In this document: positions 10,501 to 20,019 of the stretch, one piece after another
Layout: each line of letters opens with the position of its first letter
Position numbering within the stretch: position 1 is the first letter of the stretch
Origin: Halocafeteria seosinensis
Lineage: Eukaryota
Assembly: GCA_001687465.1 (NCBI GenBank)
Contig: LVLI01000912.1
Location: 1 to 33,860, forward strand
Reading direction: 5' to 3'
Length of the DNA: 33,860 bases
Program-made: the position numbers and the translations under genes
The notes under the pieces: generated by a model
Told to the model about the DNA's origin: nothing
Database searches by the model: none
Seen by the model: the letters and a program-made list of their open reading frames with translations, nothing else

Positions 10501-12543
10501 GTGTAACTGACGCCGCAGATGAGATGTAGAATCGCAGTAGAAACGATAATGGGTAATTAGAGGACCCAGGGATTGATAGACCAGTCTTGGCATCTCCGGG
10601 ATTTGCAGATTAAAACCTCCCATTAATTCCCGAAGTTCCCTAAAACCTGCTCGTATGCTGGCAAGAGAAGTCCTTGCGTGGGACAGCGTCTGACGGGGAA
10701 TCACTTGCCTCTCACTTTTTGATTTGAGCACAGGTTCTACTTGGTCATTGAAAGGAGCCGCAATAATCAAATCTGGCTTCCTCCCATACCGAATATATAG
10801 CTTCCAGCGCATAAAGTATCGATCCATGAGCGTTGAGTATCGTAGTCTGCCGCATCTTTCCCCGCACTTGTACAACAATGACCTCTCTCGCTGGACTAGC
10901 AATTGAGAAGCCTGGGGACCTCCCCCTTCAGAGCATTTCACTTCCTCCACTATACTCTTCGAGCATTTTGTCACAGATGGTAAAAGACGAGTCTTATTGC
11001 CGCAGCGATTGCGCCACTGATAGAATGCACGAGTGAGGAGGAGTTCTCTCTGTAACGATGTGTGATATCCCAGGAAGTTATTTAACATCCTCCTTGCCGA
11101 TGCAAGCTTAGTCTCTATACCTGAACCCTCTCTGATCTCGTCTTTTACGGTGTCTCTTTGTCTACAACAGCTACGCGCATTGGAGCCATGGACTGATTGT
11201 TGAGTCAGGGAACTAGACACAGCGAGGTGCCTTAAGTCTCTCGATTGTGGGACTTCGAAAGAGACGGTGTGCTGCGCCGTGAGACATGATGTAACATTTT
11301 GGTGCCGAGTCACCGGCTGCAGAGCGAGGGGACTGCATAGAGATTTATTGATCGTCATCGCTAATCGCTCTGGAGGAACTTGAGACGCCAGAGAGTTGCT
11401 CTCACTTGGGTCGTCATATGCCCCTGCACCGTGGCTTGGCTCGTGATTGGGGTTGGCGTATCCTTCGCCCACTACATTACGCTCATGTATACGCTCATTC
11501 CAATGTTCTCCATATCGTAACCACGGAGAAGTATCTTCGCAAATGTCTGACACCGTCTTCAGCGGTGATGCGAACAAAGAGTGACTGTGGTGATAATGTT
11601 TCGAATCCGATGGAGTCGCTTCCTTTGCTGAATATGGAAAAGATGTTTCCCCTTCATCGACCACGTCTTCTGCCATGTAGCGAATCAGACGAACGAGTAC
11701 ACGTGAACGACACTTAGAGTACTGAGAGATGTGTTTCGCTAATTTGTTCCTGTCCTTCAGAATCTGATGCTGACAATCGAAGACGATTACTTTGAGGATA
11801 GCCCTAAATCTCTTTCTTTCATGTGAACCATTTGCGTTTTCGCCTGTCTCTCCAACACCACTAGACTCCTTCCTGAAAATATCCGGTATACGATTCTCAA
11901 TCGTTTTTAGAACCTGGAGTAGCAGTTCCTGCAACAGCGTTTCGCACCAAATTTTGGGCAATCTCGGCAATCTTTCATACTCTTCCCAGTATGGCTGGTA
12001 CTGCTGACGATAGTTCTGATCATCTTCATGCGTGTGCTTTCTCCCTCTAGTTGCAGGTTCCTCGAGCCGTCTCAGACGGCTCACTACTGCCGTTAGCAAA
12101 TCCTGGGAAGTTAGATCCTCTTCGGTCACGGGTGTGGATTTCTTCTCTTCCTTCTCATGTTCTGCAACCAATGCATCTGACGAGTTCGAGACAGAATGAG
12201 GGGGATAAGATGGCACATTCTGTTTGTCAGAGGCCATATCCAATAAACGCAGGGGCGCTGAGGAGCCATGTACTCGCCTCTCGAGGGTCTCTCGGACGGA
12301 TTTCAAGATGTGCACAATCACATGACGCGCAATACGCTCTCGTATATGGGTCGAAGTGCCCTGAACAGCGCCGGAAGAGGCTTTCTTGGCGTCATGATGT
12401 CTCCTGCTGGCACTTTTCGATCGTTTCCGGCCCTTCTGGGGAGGATTATAGTAGTGATAATACGCATTTTCCACCGTAGTCAAGGCATAATGGTCGAGCA
12501 ATCGAAGAGCAGGATCTGGAGATGTCTGCATCTTGCCATGCAA
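7579..12543 (-). CDS. Large 1654-aa helical/coiled-coil protein of unknown function
   Basis: Uninterrupted 4965-bp ORF with long heptad-like segments (e.g. LRLLEDENRELRDDYEHLESRF), two LL-x3-F-x2-W[KR]-like motifs and a disordered C-terminus. Confidence 0.8.
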   Translation of the reverse strand: MHGKMQTSPDPALRLLDHYALTTVENAYYHYYNPPQKGRKRSKSASRRHHDAKKASSGAVQGTSTHIRERIARHVIVHILKSVRETLERRVHGSSAPLRLLDMASDKQNVPSYPPHSVSNSSDALVAEHEKEEKKSTPVTEEDLTSQDLLTAVVSRLRRLEEPATRGRKHTHEDDQNYRQQYQPYWEEYERLPRLPKIWCETLLQELLLQVLKTIENRIPDIFRKESSGVGETGENANGSHERKRFRAILKVIVFDCQHQILKDRNKLAKHISQYSKCRSRVLVRLIRYMAEDVVDEGETSFPYSAKEATPSDSKHYHHSHSLFASPLKTVSDICEDTSPWLRYGEHWNERIHERNVVGEGYANPNHEPSHGAGAYDDPSESNSLASQVPPERLAMTINKSLCSPLALQPVTRHQNVTSCLTAQHTVSFEVPQSRDLRHLAVSSSLTQQSVHGSNARSCCRQRDTVKDEIREGSGIETKLASARRMLNNFLGYHTSLQRELLLTRAFYQWRNRCGNKTRLLPSVTKCSKSIVEEVKCSEGGGPQASQLLVQRERSLLYKCGERCGRLRYSTLMDRYFMRWKLYIRYGRKPDLIIAAPFNDQVEPVLKSKSERQVIPRQTLSHARTSLASIRAGFRELRELMGGFNLQIPEMPRLVYQSLGPLITHYRFYCDSTSHLRRQLHAARFQLDCTARRGALRARLLYQSYRSRLRALQQRLQYVEHKKLKSKRRAAVRNAVNKMLPWIQRMHNESQRTQSRHCRLSQAMKKIATDVYGLILQAQTELHDTFISIERKMENLMERLGNIECCKARLQTSLCHFRQCHLPRSSLKITHRDVTQIADIARSITQPLAVCFEEASLDIDRLRSYTDSLKRSLPRPGNLRKTNPAVDVCIREQVCHVSDRFAVRREAKLVQYLVGYLRGEYEEIRNACRTDVESIVDFISFHRCSLSRRPLQSAQPASLSAASRLNEMSVNRDSPLVPTTEARRVKTEFCRLSSSHKEVADAIAERFQRTLLDFDLMQSSILKTLTSFDLDKPTHTNASSTSQELSSVDDSQVAAAQPRISIITNAKILRDRSVGLSSEFRDISASITAQWSHELSELERTKDTVMGAVRSQSASVNYTSQCLRLLEDENRELRDDYEHLESRFVHIARCVASLVTSVKSFAESLDQSLHRHKQSVFHQMAAQNKKLKRMLYNHRAVLDGGNAKYANSIDYDEHRGALKAVERIWKERMSMMREDTRSLVSELKHRHAGDINEHLGRLTEDKNAQALDMQREFQRRLREKEAECKREILAYQRESIDSFRNYRRRFGILTQNRIGMVFEDMRSQHLNRVYSRNCLASLEGRKRYSLLSELDELLHVVDDYKSSDAETLRRLEYQLSQNDLTINIMGATERPPGHTRKALSQIGNLLNGRSLTYQPFDREETDEIRPASTSTADTRELEDLSEGDIEEAMNMIGELSRKDGDWDGSFGESKDENRNVLDQSHLSSEEDDKQLKTPAHKFRENQQNVGDSLTKHPSRVMETPYDGPPSKTNQGYYHKHGGNLHLGDNLRKRILHLRSMVSSSPIVDDRSDEHQLVYETTPRGRLDTRFCGDKEPLTSAKVTGYSKDPLTPTTWEDSLGSPPPTRAQENSTKARHQFSQGPSQSPDVRRSVESFYTI

Positions 12544-12778
12544 TGGTAAATGAGCGCTTGAGTATCAACTTGCAGCTCAATCGATCGATGATCCTCAATT
12601 ATGCCCTCATGATGCCCCGATACCGGGCTCAATCAAAGCTACCAGTGTGTATCACTATGACCTACATACAATCAATACCATGGGAGCTGTGGTCTCTGGT
12701 GTGCTTCATTCATGAAGGCGCACTACACACACCGCGTATTTGAATTTGAATCCAGCATTCCAGTTTGGGAATCATCCA

Positions 12779-13575
12779 CTGGGGCGTGGGGCACAACTTT
12801 TTTTTTTCTCGTGCCACCGTGGCAGTGCCACGCCCGCCCAAAACACTTGGCATGCCAACGTGGCATGTCAAAATTACAAAATGTTCTTTACGTATGTAAT
12901 GCGGCGCGTTTTCGCCGGTATTCTTCGTAGTGTTGGTCTATTTTTGTTTCAAATTTTTAGCTAGAAGCGCCTTCCTGTAGTTTTCCTTCCTTCTTTATTC
13001 TCTCTTCCACGCCGCTGCTTCTTTGGAGGTACCCTAGGAATCCTAGGATGCAGAAATAGGGGCCGATTCTAAATGTGCTCTGCAGCTTTCGGCTGTCATA
13101 CGAACTGAGACGAAAGCGTAGTAAAACAGGGAGGTTATTCCCTCTTAATCCACTTGGATCCAATAGCAGCGCCTTCGAGGTTTACACCTAGCACATCGAT
13201 TTCGGATTCATAGACCCATTGTTCGCTTTCTGATTGATGATGGTACCCAAAGCGCCGGCGGCGTGGACCTTCTCGCACGTTTTAAGGTGCACCGTGCATC
13301 GGCATGTATGAAGTCGTTCTGGCTGTCACATCATTATCGCCAAAGTTGCACACGACCACTTCAAATCTTTTGATACTTGGATCTCGGGTTGCGCCATTCT
13401 CAATAAGGAAATATTCCTATGTTCAGTGCGGTGCTTTGCCCATTCGAATTTGAATCCTTGAGCCTTTTTGTGTTGTTTGGTAGTTTTCTTCCGGGGGGGC
13501 AGCGGAGGTCCTCCGGAGGAGGCTGGTGGCATGCCACGGTTGGCACAACATAGCCTTCTTGGCACAAGTGGCGCA
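12779..13575 (-). mobile_element. Degraded DNA-transposon relic (hAT-like) with a broken BED-type zinc finger and clustered TGCCAC/GTGGCA motifs
   Basis: GTGCCAC/GTGGCA motifs cluster at 12811-12866 and 13525-13572. The minus strand reads, across frameshifts, FEWAKH...EVVVCNFGDNDVTARTTSYM..HLKTC. No paired TIR or TSD was found. Confidence 0.4.
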
Positions 13576-13660
13576 CTTTTAATCTTCAATATATTCTTCC
13601 ATGGTGCTTCGTGTATGATTCCACCGATATACACGTGATCTCCTCATCCTATAGAGGCCT

Positions 13661-14225
13661 GTGCCGCCTCCAAACGCCAACACGGATAAGCGATACGTCT
13701 CAGGACGAACTCCTGAGGTCGTCCCAGGTAGGCAGGCCGAGCGACTCTTCAGCACAGCTGGATGGATCAACCACAAGCTTAGACGACGCTTAGGCCCTCA
13801 GAAGTTCCGTGAGATCATGATGCTACGATATGATCTCGTCAAATCCAAGCGCAATCACTACTTAGCGCCTTCTCAAGCAGAATGCCAACACGACCGCACG
13901 ACGGTACTTTGCGCGATATAAGCGTAGATTTGTTCGGGAGTGACGCCGAGCTAGACGACAACGTTTCCGTCAACACTCTCGATGAGGTAGATGAATTTCA
14001 GCACCCTTATGGACTTGACAACGACGATGAATTGGCTCATTTTTTAGCTCCTTAATTAAGACAGGGGTTCAACCGTTCAAGGCTCCCTGTGAAAACTACA
14101 AAAATCTACTGTCTACACCGTACGATCCGCCGATCCGCAAAACCGCCCGCTGTTCGCAACCCAAAATCGGCGGACGATCCGCGAATTGCCCGCGGACGGC
14201 ATGTATCCGCATTTTCAAAATCCTG
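13661..14225 (+). mobile_element. 3' end of a hAT transposon: dimerization-domain fragment, acidic tail, subterminal repeats and right TIR
   Basis: AERLFSTAGWINHKLRRRLGPQKFREIMMLRYD matches the hAT C-terminal dimerization motif. An acidic tail follows in another frame (DAELDDNVSVNTLDEVDEF...DNDDEL). ATCCGC occurs at 14125, 14133, 14177 and 14205. The end ttttcaaaatcctg reads CAGGATTTTGAAAA on the minus strand. Confidence 0.75.
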
Positions 14226-14569
14226 CCTCTGTATTGCTCTTCCCGCCTGTAACTTACAGGCTACCGGTAGTACCGGAGCTCTGCGAGTGTAGGTCAGCGG
14301 GCTGAGCCCGCTCAACAGTTCTTAAAGAACACTCGAAGCTGCGCCATCCTATACTGGTGATACTATGTATTGTACAACAATCTATATACTGTAGCATTTT
14401 GCTATTCAGCATATGATAAACACGAAGTGACTTTTTCTTTTACAGATACCACCGAATTGGCAATACGATACCGTTAAGGTATACACGTACCCGAAACTAA
14501 CTACCGGACTCCTACGTCTACCTGACAAGCTATCTACGCACTCTGGATGAAGTGGAGACAAAACGAAAA

Positions 14570-16558
14570 ATGCCTTGCTGTGGATCTAATCGCGCTTTTT
14601 ATCGGACTTTCATGCTTGCTTTATCTGTAATATGTTCAGAAAGCTCTCTCGTCGTAGCGACAAACTTTAGGAGCCATGTCATCCAGGGACTCATTCCGTG
14701 CATTGAATGGGATCCGAGGGTATTGACGTTTCGCTTACTTTGCAGTTTCAAGTGGGCGGACTTTTTTAGTGAGACCGATTTCATTGCATTGCAGGCAAAT
14801 GAGACGTTCGCTGGAGATGGCTCTTTAACGATTGACCTGGTCGGAAACACAGGGGAATATAGGGGGCTATTTATGACGGAGGCTTCATCGATGGATGAAG
14901 CGGTGACCATCAGGAATGTACATACGGAAAACGGTAAAACATTTGAATTGGCAGGTTTCATTCTAGCATGGGGATCAAATCACTATGTTGTAGAAAACTG
15001 TAGCTCCACGGGGGAAATTAGTGGCCGAGATTCTGGGGGAATAGCAGGGTTAGCAGACTTGTCCTTATCCGGCTCCTTCGGTATCATCCGATCTTGTAGA
15101 AGTTCTGGGACTATATCTGGCAAATTCGCCGGCGGTATAATTGCAAGTGCAGCAGGATCCAATGATGGACGTTTCGAAATCCAAAACTGCCATTCTTCGG
15201 GGGACATAACTGGGGAAGGAGCAGGTGGAATAGCGGGGCGGAGGACCGGGGATTCTGGCACGGTCGTGATTGCCAACTGTTGTTCAACAGGTACCATACA
15301 AGGCAAAAGTAGCGGTGGTATCTGCGGAAAAGAAACGGCCTATTTTGGTGAATCCTTTCTCATGTCGGGCTGCTTCTCCATGGGTGATATTTTGGGTTTC
15401 AACGCTGGTGGTCTGGTAGGCGATTACTCCGCGCACCATTCGAAATCTTTCGTGATTGCAAATTCCTATACTCGAGGTCACATAACGGGCTTTTCGGCTG
15501 GAGGGCTCGCTGGAGCCAATTTTGCTCAAGCGTCTGGTACAGCGTTGTTAGAAAATGTGTATGCCTCAGGGAATATTTCTGGTGAGTACGCTGGGGGCAT
15601 CACAGTAACGACACAGCAGGAATCCTTGGTCGTTAAGAACTCAGTTTTTTCCTCGGAACCGTTCGTTGGTTTTGACGGAACGTTTGAGAACATAAATAGT
15701 AGCAGCAGTATCCGTGACATCCTTGGGAGACTTTTCTCCGTAGATGGCGACGTAAAATGGGGAGACCAATGGGAAGCTCGGCCACGAGGATTGCCGACCT
15801 TGACCGGACATGAAGGTCTATGCGAAGCCGTCCAAGCCCGAACTGGATTTCTCGCTGAATCTGTCGCGCCTTCATTCAGTCCTAGCAACATGGCAACTGT
15901 GTCCCCTTCCATTACACCATCTCCTTCGGGGAGTATCCCGCCTTCATGCAGTCCTAGCAACACGGCAACGGTATCCCCTTCCACGACACCATCTCGTTCA
16001 GGGACTATTACGCCTTCGTCGAGTCCTAGCAACACGGCAACGGTATCTGCGTCCACTACAACCACCAGCACTCCCAGCTTCACAGGTACTTCCAGCTTAA
16101 CGAAAACCGTATCTCCCACCCCTCCATCGACCTGGACTGCTATTCCTGGTCTTGTGATCGTCACTGTTTTCGTTAATAACCGCCCCAGTGGAAATGCCAG
16201 TGTCTTCCCATGTCTCAAACGCGGAATCCTGGTTTCAATCTTGGGAAGCAAAGAGTTCAAACCCACTGATGTCAATGCAACCAATGTGCGTGTCGGTACT
16301 CGTTCTTTCGTCTCCAAAGGCCAAGGGTGTCGTCCTTCTTCGAACATACAACAAAAGGACGTTAACGGAGATGATAGATTAGACATGCTATTCCACTGTG
16401 TCGGAAAGCTTGGTCTCTCTTTGAAGAATGAAACACAAGTATTGGTTGCGGTGGGAATGAACCATGAGGGACAACGCTATGAGGGACATGCAAGGGTACG
16501 AATAATTGGGAGCCAAGCAAGAAGAGAACAGCTCGGTGCTCTCGAGATCCACAACTAA
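14570..16558 (+). CDS. Intronless secreted/surface protein: GLUG-like beta-helix repeats, Ser/Thr/Pro linker and prokaryote-like C-terminal domain
   Basis: Hydrophobic N-terminus after the ATG at 14570. About seven repeats of I.NC.S.G.I.G..AGG(I/L).G. A mucin-like linker. The C-terminal region reads ILVSILGSKEFKPTDVNATNVRVG...KDVNGDDRLDMLFH...GQRYEGHARVRI. Confidence 0.8.
   Translation: MPCCGSNRAFYRTFMLALSVICSESSLVVATNFRSHVIQGLIPCIEWDPRVLTFRLLCSFKWADFFSETDFIALQANETFAGDGSLTIDLVGNTGEYRGLFMTEASSMDEAVTIRNVHTENGKTFELAGFILAWGSNHYVVENCSSTGEISGRDSGGIAGLADLSLSGSFGIIRSCRSSGTISGKFAGGIIASAAGSNDGRFEIQNCHSSGDITGEGAGGIAGRRTGDSGTVVIANCCSTGTIQGKSSGGICGKETAYFGESFLMSGCFSMGDILGFNAGGLVGDYSAHHSKSFVIANSYTRGHITGFSAGGLAGANFAQASGTALLENVYASGNISGEYAGGITVTTQQESLVVKNSVFSSEPFVGFDGTFENINSSSSIRDILGRLFSVDGDVKWGDQWEARPRGLPTLTGHEGLCEAVQARTGFLAESVAPSFSPSNMATVSPSITPSPSGSIPPSCSPSNTATVSPSTTPSRSGTITPSSSPSNTATVSASTTTTSTPSFTGTSSLTKTVSPTPPSTWTAIPGLVIVTVFVNNRPSGNASVFPCLKRGILVSILGSKEFKPTDVNATNVRVGTRSFVSKGQGCRPSSNIQQKDVNGDDRLDMLFHCVGKLGLSLKNETQVLVAVGMNHEGQRYEGHARVRIIGSQARREQLGALEIHN
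15869..16054 (+). repeat. 72-bp coding tandem repeat, about 2.6 copies (24-aa S/T/P unit)
   Basis: Units start at 15869, 15941 and 16013: PSFSPSNMATVSPSITPSPSGSIP / PSCSPSNTATVSPSTTPSRSGTIT / PSSSPSNTATVSAS. Confidence 0.85.
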
Positions 16559-17012
16559 AAACTCGATTGGACTTTAAGGAATCTTGAACGACGATGAACA
16601 TGTGACTGAAAAATGTGAGTGTACATGGCCCACAAATTTGGGACGACTACATGAACTTGCAGTGCATGCACTTCAAACTACCAATACAACTTCAAAAGCA
16701 ACTACCCGGCCAAATAATTTTTCATGCTATTCTGCCGCTTTACCACACTTTGCTAGCAGCATTTCCACCAATTCTACCGGTGAAAGCTTGATTACACCCA
16801 TATCGTTTATATACAATACTGTACTGGGAGTGCTCCCGATACGTGAATTTCCGACAATCATGGCGCCACGGTTCGGACAGCAGCATGTACCTCCTGCCTA
16901 GGATGGTGGAGTGCACAAGCGTTAAACCGGACACAAAAGTCAATGCCGACGCGACAACGCAGTTCTCCAAGTACCGAATGGACTTAAACGAACGCAGTCC
17001 CGGGTGACGTCT

Positions 17013-17155
17013 GCATGGAATGCGACTCACAATTTGAGTCACAAACGATGGTGGATCACATGAATGGCGAAGCCCAGTGCCGTAAGGACAAGCTCATCCC
17101 GCTCTTCGAGAGGGCACGGACTGAATGGTTCCAACTTAAGAACCTCCCAATGGTG
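17013..17155 (+). mobile_element. Second, inverted fragment of the RNase HI-bearing element (copy of 128-262)
   Basis: gcatggaatgcgactcac...gatggtggatcacatgaatggcgaagcccagtgccg...agggcacggactgaatggttcca...aacctcccaatggtg is the reverse complement of 128-262, with about 3 substitutions and two indels. Confidence 0.85.
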
Positions 17156-17857
17156 GTTGCGCAAGTCGGTTGACGTTGTAGAGGGCTGGTACCGTGGTCG
17201 TTTAACTGTAGTTAGAGGATGCGGTCAACTCCCCGGCCGGTGGTGGGCTATCTGTCCCATATATGTGTGTGGTAGCGATTACTAACTAGTCAGTGACTGC
17301 AAGCGACGACACTAACCACTTACTCGATGCAATAATGTCCAGTGGCCGTTGCTCAACCGGGAACTCGCACTTTAAATAGAGGGGGTTTCTCTTCGCGTGC
17401 TGTGCAACAAGCCAATGCAGTGCTTTGTACAGTAGATGCGTTTATGCGATTGGCACGATTTCCGTGTCTTGACTAGCATTTACATTGCTCCGAGTTCTTG
17501 ATTACTGTATCATGGGAGTGCGATACAATAGTCAAAGTGGAACCCGCAAAACACACTATTTTTGTAACCGCGTACCGGGACCTTCGCGCCTTACCTCCGT
17601 TTTGCGTTACTGACCTGACGCACAAAATTCTCGGATATAGATTTTGTCCGGTGATAAATCTACGGTGAGACCCATATACCAGGTACGGTAGTCCGAAATA
17701 TTCAGCAATGCATGACCGTACAGTACGCCTTGGTATGCTAGTTGGTGGCTCGATGGACCGGCTGTTGCAGGCAGCGAGAGTGACCAATCACAGCAGTGCA
17801 AGGCGGTGACCCGAGGAAACGGCGACATGGATTCCTTCACCAATTATGTGGAAACAG

Positions 17858-18533
17858 GAGGGTGACATTAATCCGCTTCATGCTGCATTTAACAATTATA
17901 AATTTGAGATAGCCCGGGTGCTGGTGACGGAATTTGGTCACGAGGGAATAAAGCAGAAAACGAGGTGTGCCACTGTGAAGTTTATACAGTATCTTACTTG
18001 GCCTAGTGGCTAAGAAAACTAGCTAGGGGCATATTTCCTGTTCTGCAGCCAGGAAACAATCCATTGCATTTTGCGTAGAAAACAGACGCCAGATTTGTTC
18101 GAGTATTTGTAATGAGTTTGGAGCAAATCCTCGGGCTAAGAACAAGGTAACTCTTTACCATTTTTTTCTTGCCCTCGTGTAAAATGTTCCTTAATATCCG
18201 ATATGTGCTTCAGGGCATGGAGACACCTCTGCACAGGGCTGCTTTGCATGGTAACCTCGATGTGTTTCGAGTGCTACTAGAGGAGTTGGGAGCACGAGAC
18301 GACCTTTACGTTCCGAATGAAGTACGGTGTTGAGAACGGTTGGCTAACGTTTCATAGGGTGGACAGCACTGTTTCATATCACCTGGAGTTCTATGACTGG
18401 TTCGCAGGAAGGGGACACTCCGGTTGATTTGGCTTTCTGGAGCCTCGAAAACAGCTTCATAGGAGAGCAAAAGGAGGGCGCGGGCGAAGTAGTTGACTAT
18501 CTGCGTGGAATCAAAACAGTCATAGGGTGTTGA
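17858..18533 (+). pseudogene. Spliced ankyrin-repeat pseudogene
   Basis: Intron-separated exons read EGDINPLHAAFNNYKFEIARVLVTEFG / PGNNPLHFA* (TAG 18076-18078, then a frameshift before EFGANPRAKNK) / GMETPLHRAALHGNLDVFRVLLEELGA / EGDTPVDLA...VVDYLRGIK. Confidence 0.7.
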
Positions 18534-18661
18534 TCAGTGCTTCATTCTTCTTAGCTCCCGGGTGATGTCGAATAATGAGCGAAATTCTGAACACCGTTGA
18601 ACGTATCAGTGAAAGAGCCATCTCCAGTTTAGAAGAAATACTAAACAAATGAAAATACTTT

Positions 18662-19534
18662 CTATGCTTCAAGAATTTCGTAATTTATGTATGCCCTGAT
18701 GGATCGATCCGCCAAAGTTTCCTTCAAACTTCCAATATAGTTTTCTGGAGAACGATACCATTGCACCATCGTCGATGCTCCTACGGGTATAAGCGAGGAA
18801 ATGAATACGGAGTGCAGACTAGGACCAACCGCTCGAAAAAGGTTCCAGCCGATGTTTCCAAATGTTTTCGGATCTACAGGTTTGAATGTGCGGTGCAAAA
18901 ATACGAAAAGCGAAAGCGCAAGAATGGCAACTCCTGTCACCCAAAAGTATATCGGGAAGACGAAGGGAATCACGTGTGTAACACAAGGAGTGACAATCAG
19001 CGCTGTCCACAGAACTGAGGCTAGTTGCTGGCGCGTCCGTCGAAACGGAGGAATGGTCTCGTTTTCGTCCAGTGTAGAGAAGTACCATGAGGGCATGAAC
19101 ACTAGAGGAGAGCACCTCCCACCAGGGAGACTCGGAAACAAGGTGGACACATTCGGACTATTCAACATCACTAAAACAAAGCAGTCATAGCGCTCCCACT
19201 TTGAGGAAGTACTGGCTGTACTCACGTTCCAAATATCGAACCCAGCCTGAGTAAGCATACTACCTATGAGATAGAGCTCCCAGGTAACGGTAGCGTAATA
19301 CTTCGCTTTAATCCATGTTTCACTCTCCCAAATCCTCCCTTCATGCTCTTGCTCTTCGTCTTCCGTCAACCGAAGCGCTTCGTAAATCTCCTCTCGCTGT
19401 TTCTCGTGCTCGAGATTCCTCAAGACCCTGCCTGTATCCTTGGCCTCGTACGACGAAGCTGCGAGTTGCAATGTGACGGTGTGTATAATCCATGACTTAA
19501 GAAACGCGCCAATGGCGAACAAGTATAGAGGCAT
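18662..19534 (-). CDS. Multi-pass membrane protein of unknown function
   Basis: The open frame spans 18662-19666, with the first ATG at 19534. There are several TM-like segments (LASVLWTALIVTPCVTHVIPFVFPIYFWVTGVAILALSLFVFLH; SVFISSLIPVGA). Confidence 0.55.
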   Translation of the reverse strand: MPLYLFAIGAFLKSWIIHTVTLQLAASSYEAKDTGRVLRNLEHEKQREEIYEALRLTEDEEQEHEGRIWESETWIKAKYYATVTWELYLIGSMLTQAGFDIWNVSTASTSSKWERYDCFVLVMLNSPNVSTLFPSLPGGRCSPLVFMPSWYFSTLDENETIPPFRRTRQQLASVLWTALIVTPCVTHVIPFVFPIYFWVTGVAILALSLFVFLHRTFKPVDPKTFGNIGWNLFRAVGPSLHSVFISSLIPVGASTMVQWYRSPENYIGSLKETLADRSIRAYINYEILEA

Positions 19535-20019
19535 TGTATCATGTCTCTCGCAATGTGGGCTACCCAATTTGCAAGTAGATTCCACCGCTAACCACCACCT
19601 CCAATAGTTCACTTGCTTGTCGCCGAACCGAACAGTGCAGCATGGGAATCCAAATGACACAAACAACCCCTCGCAGCATCAAATATGAGACTTCCAGTTT
19701 TTTCGGGGTGGGTCTGACAAGACAGCAACTATCGCGTATTTTGATGACGGTACAGCGTTTCTCACTAACTTCCAGAACGCTGTGAAGTGGAGGTGGATGT
19801 GGTCTTCAACTTCACCCCACCACGCCATTAATACCTACTACGCGGCGCATGAATCATACAGTATGATACGTGGGAGAGTTTGATGCGCATATATACGGGA
19901 GTACAATACGATACTTCAACCTCTCCGTGCTGATCCATCCATGTCCCCTCGTTCGGTTGTGTGGTTGCTTCCTGCGTTCGTAGATTAGAACAATTCTGGT
20001 GGTATAGGTCCACAGCCAT

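Noticed and set aside
15526..16386. 286-aa antisense ORF, and the many other short antisense ORFs over CCT5, the carrier and the 1654-aa gene
   Set aside because: These are shadows of the real genes. The S/T/P repeat codons lack stops on the opposite strand.
16855..16880. ca-tggcgcc as an LTR end plus tRNA primer-binding site near the RNase H fragment
   Set aside because: The match is too short, and no second LTR or verifiable tRNA complement is present.
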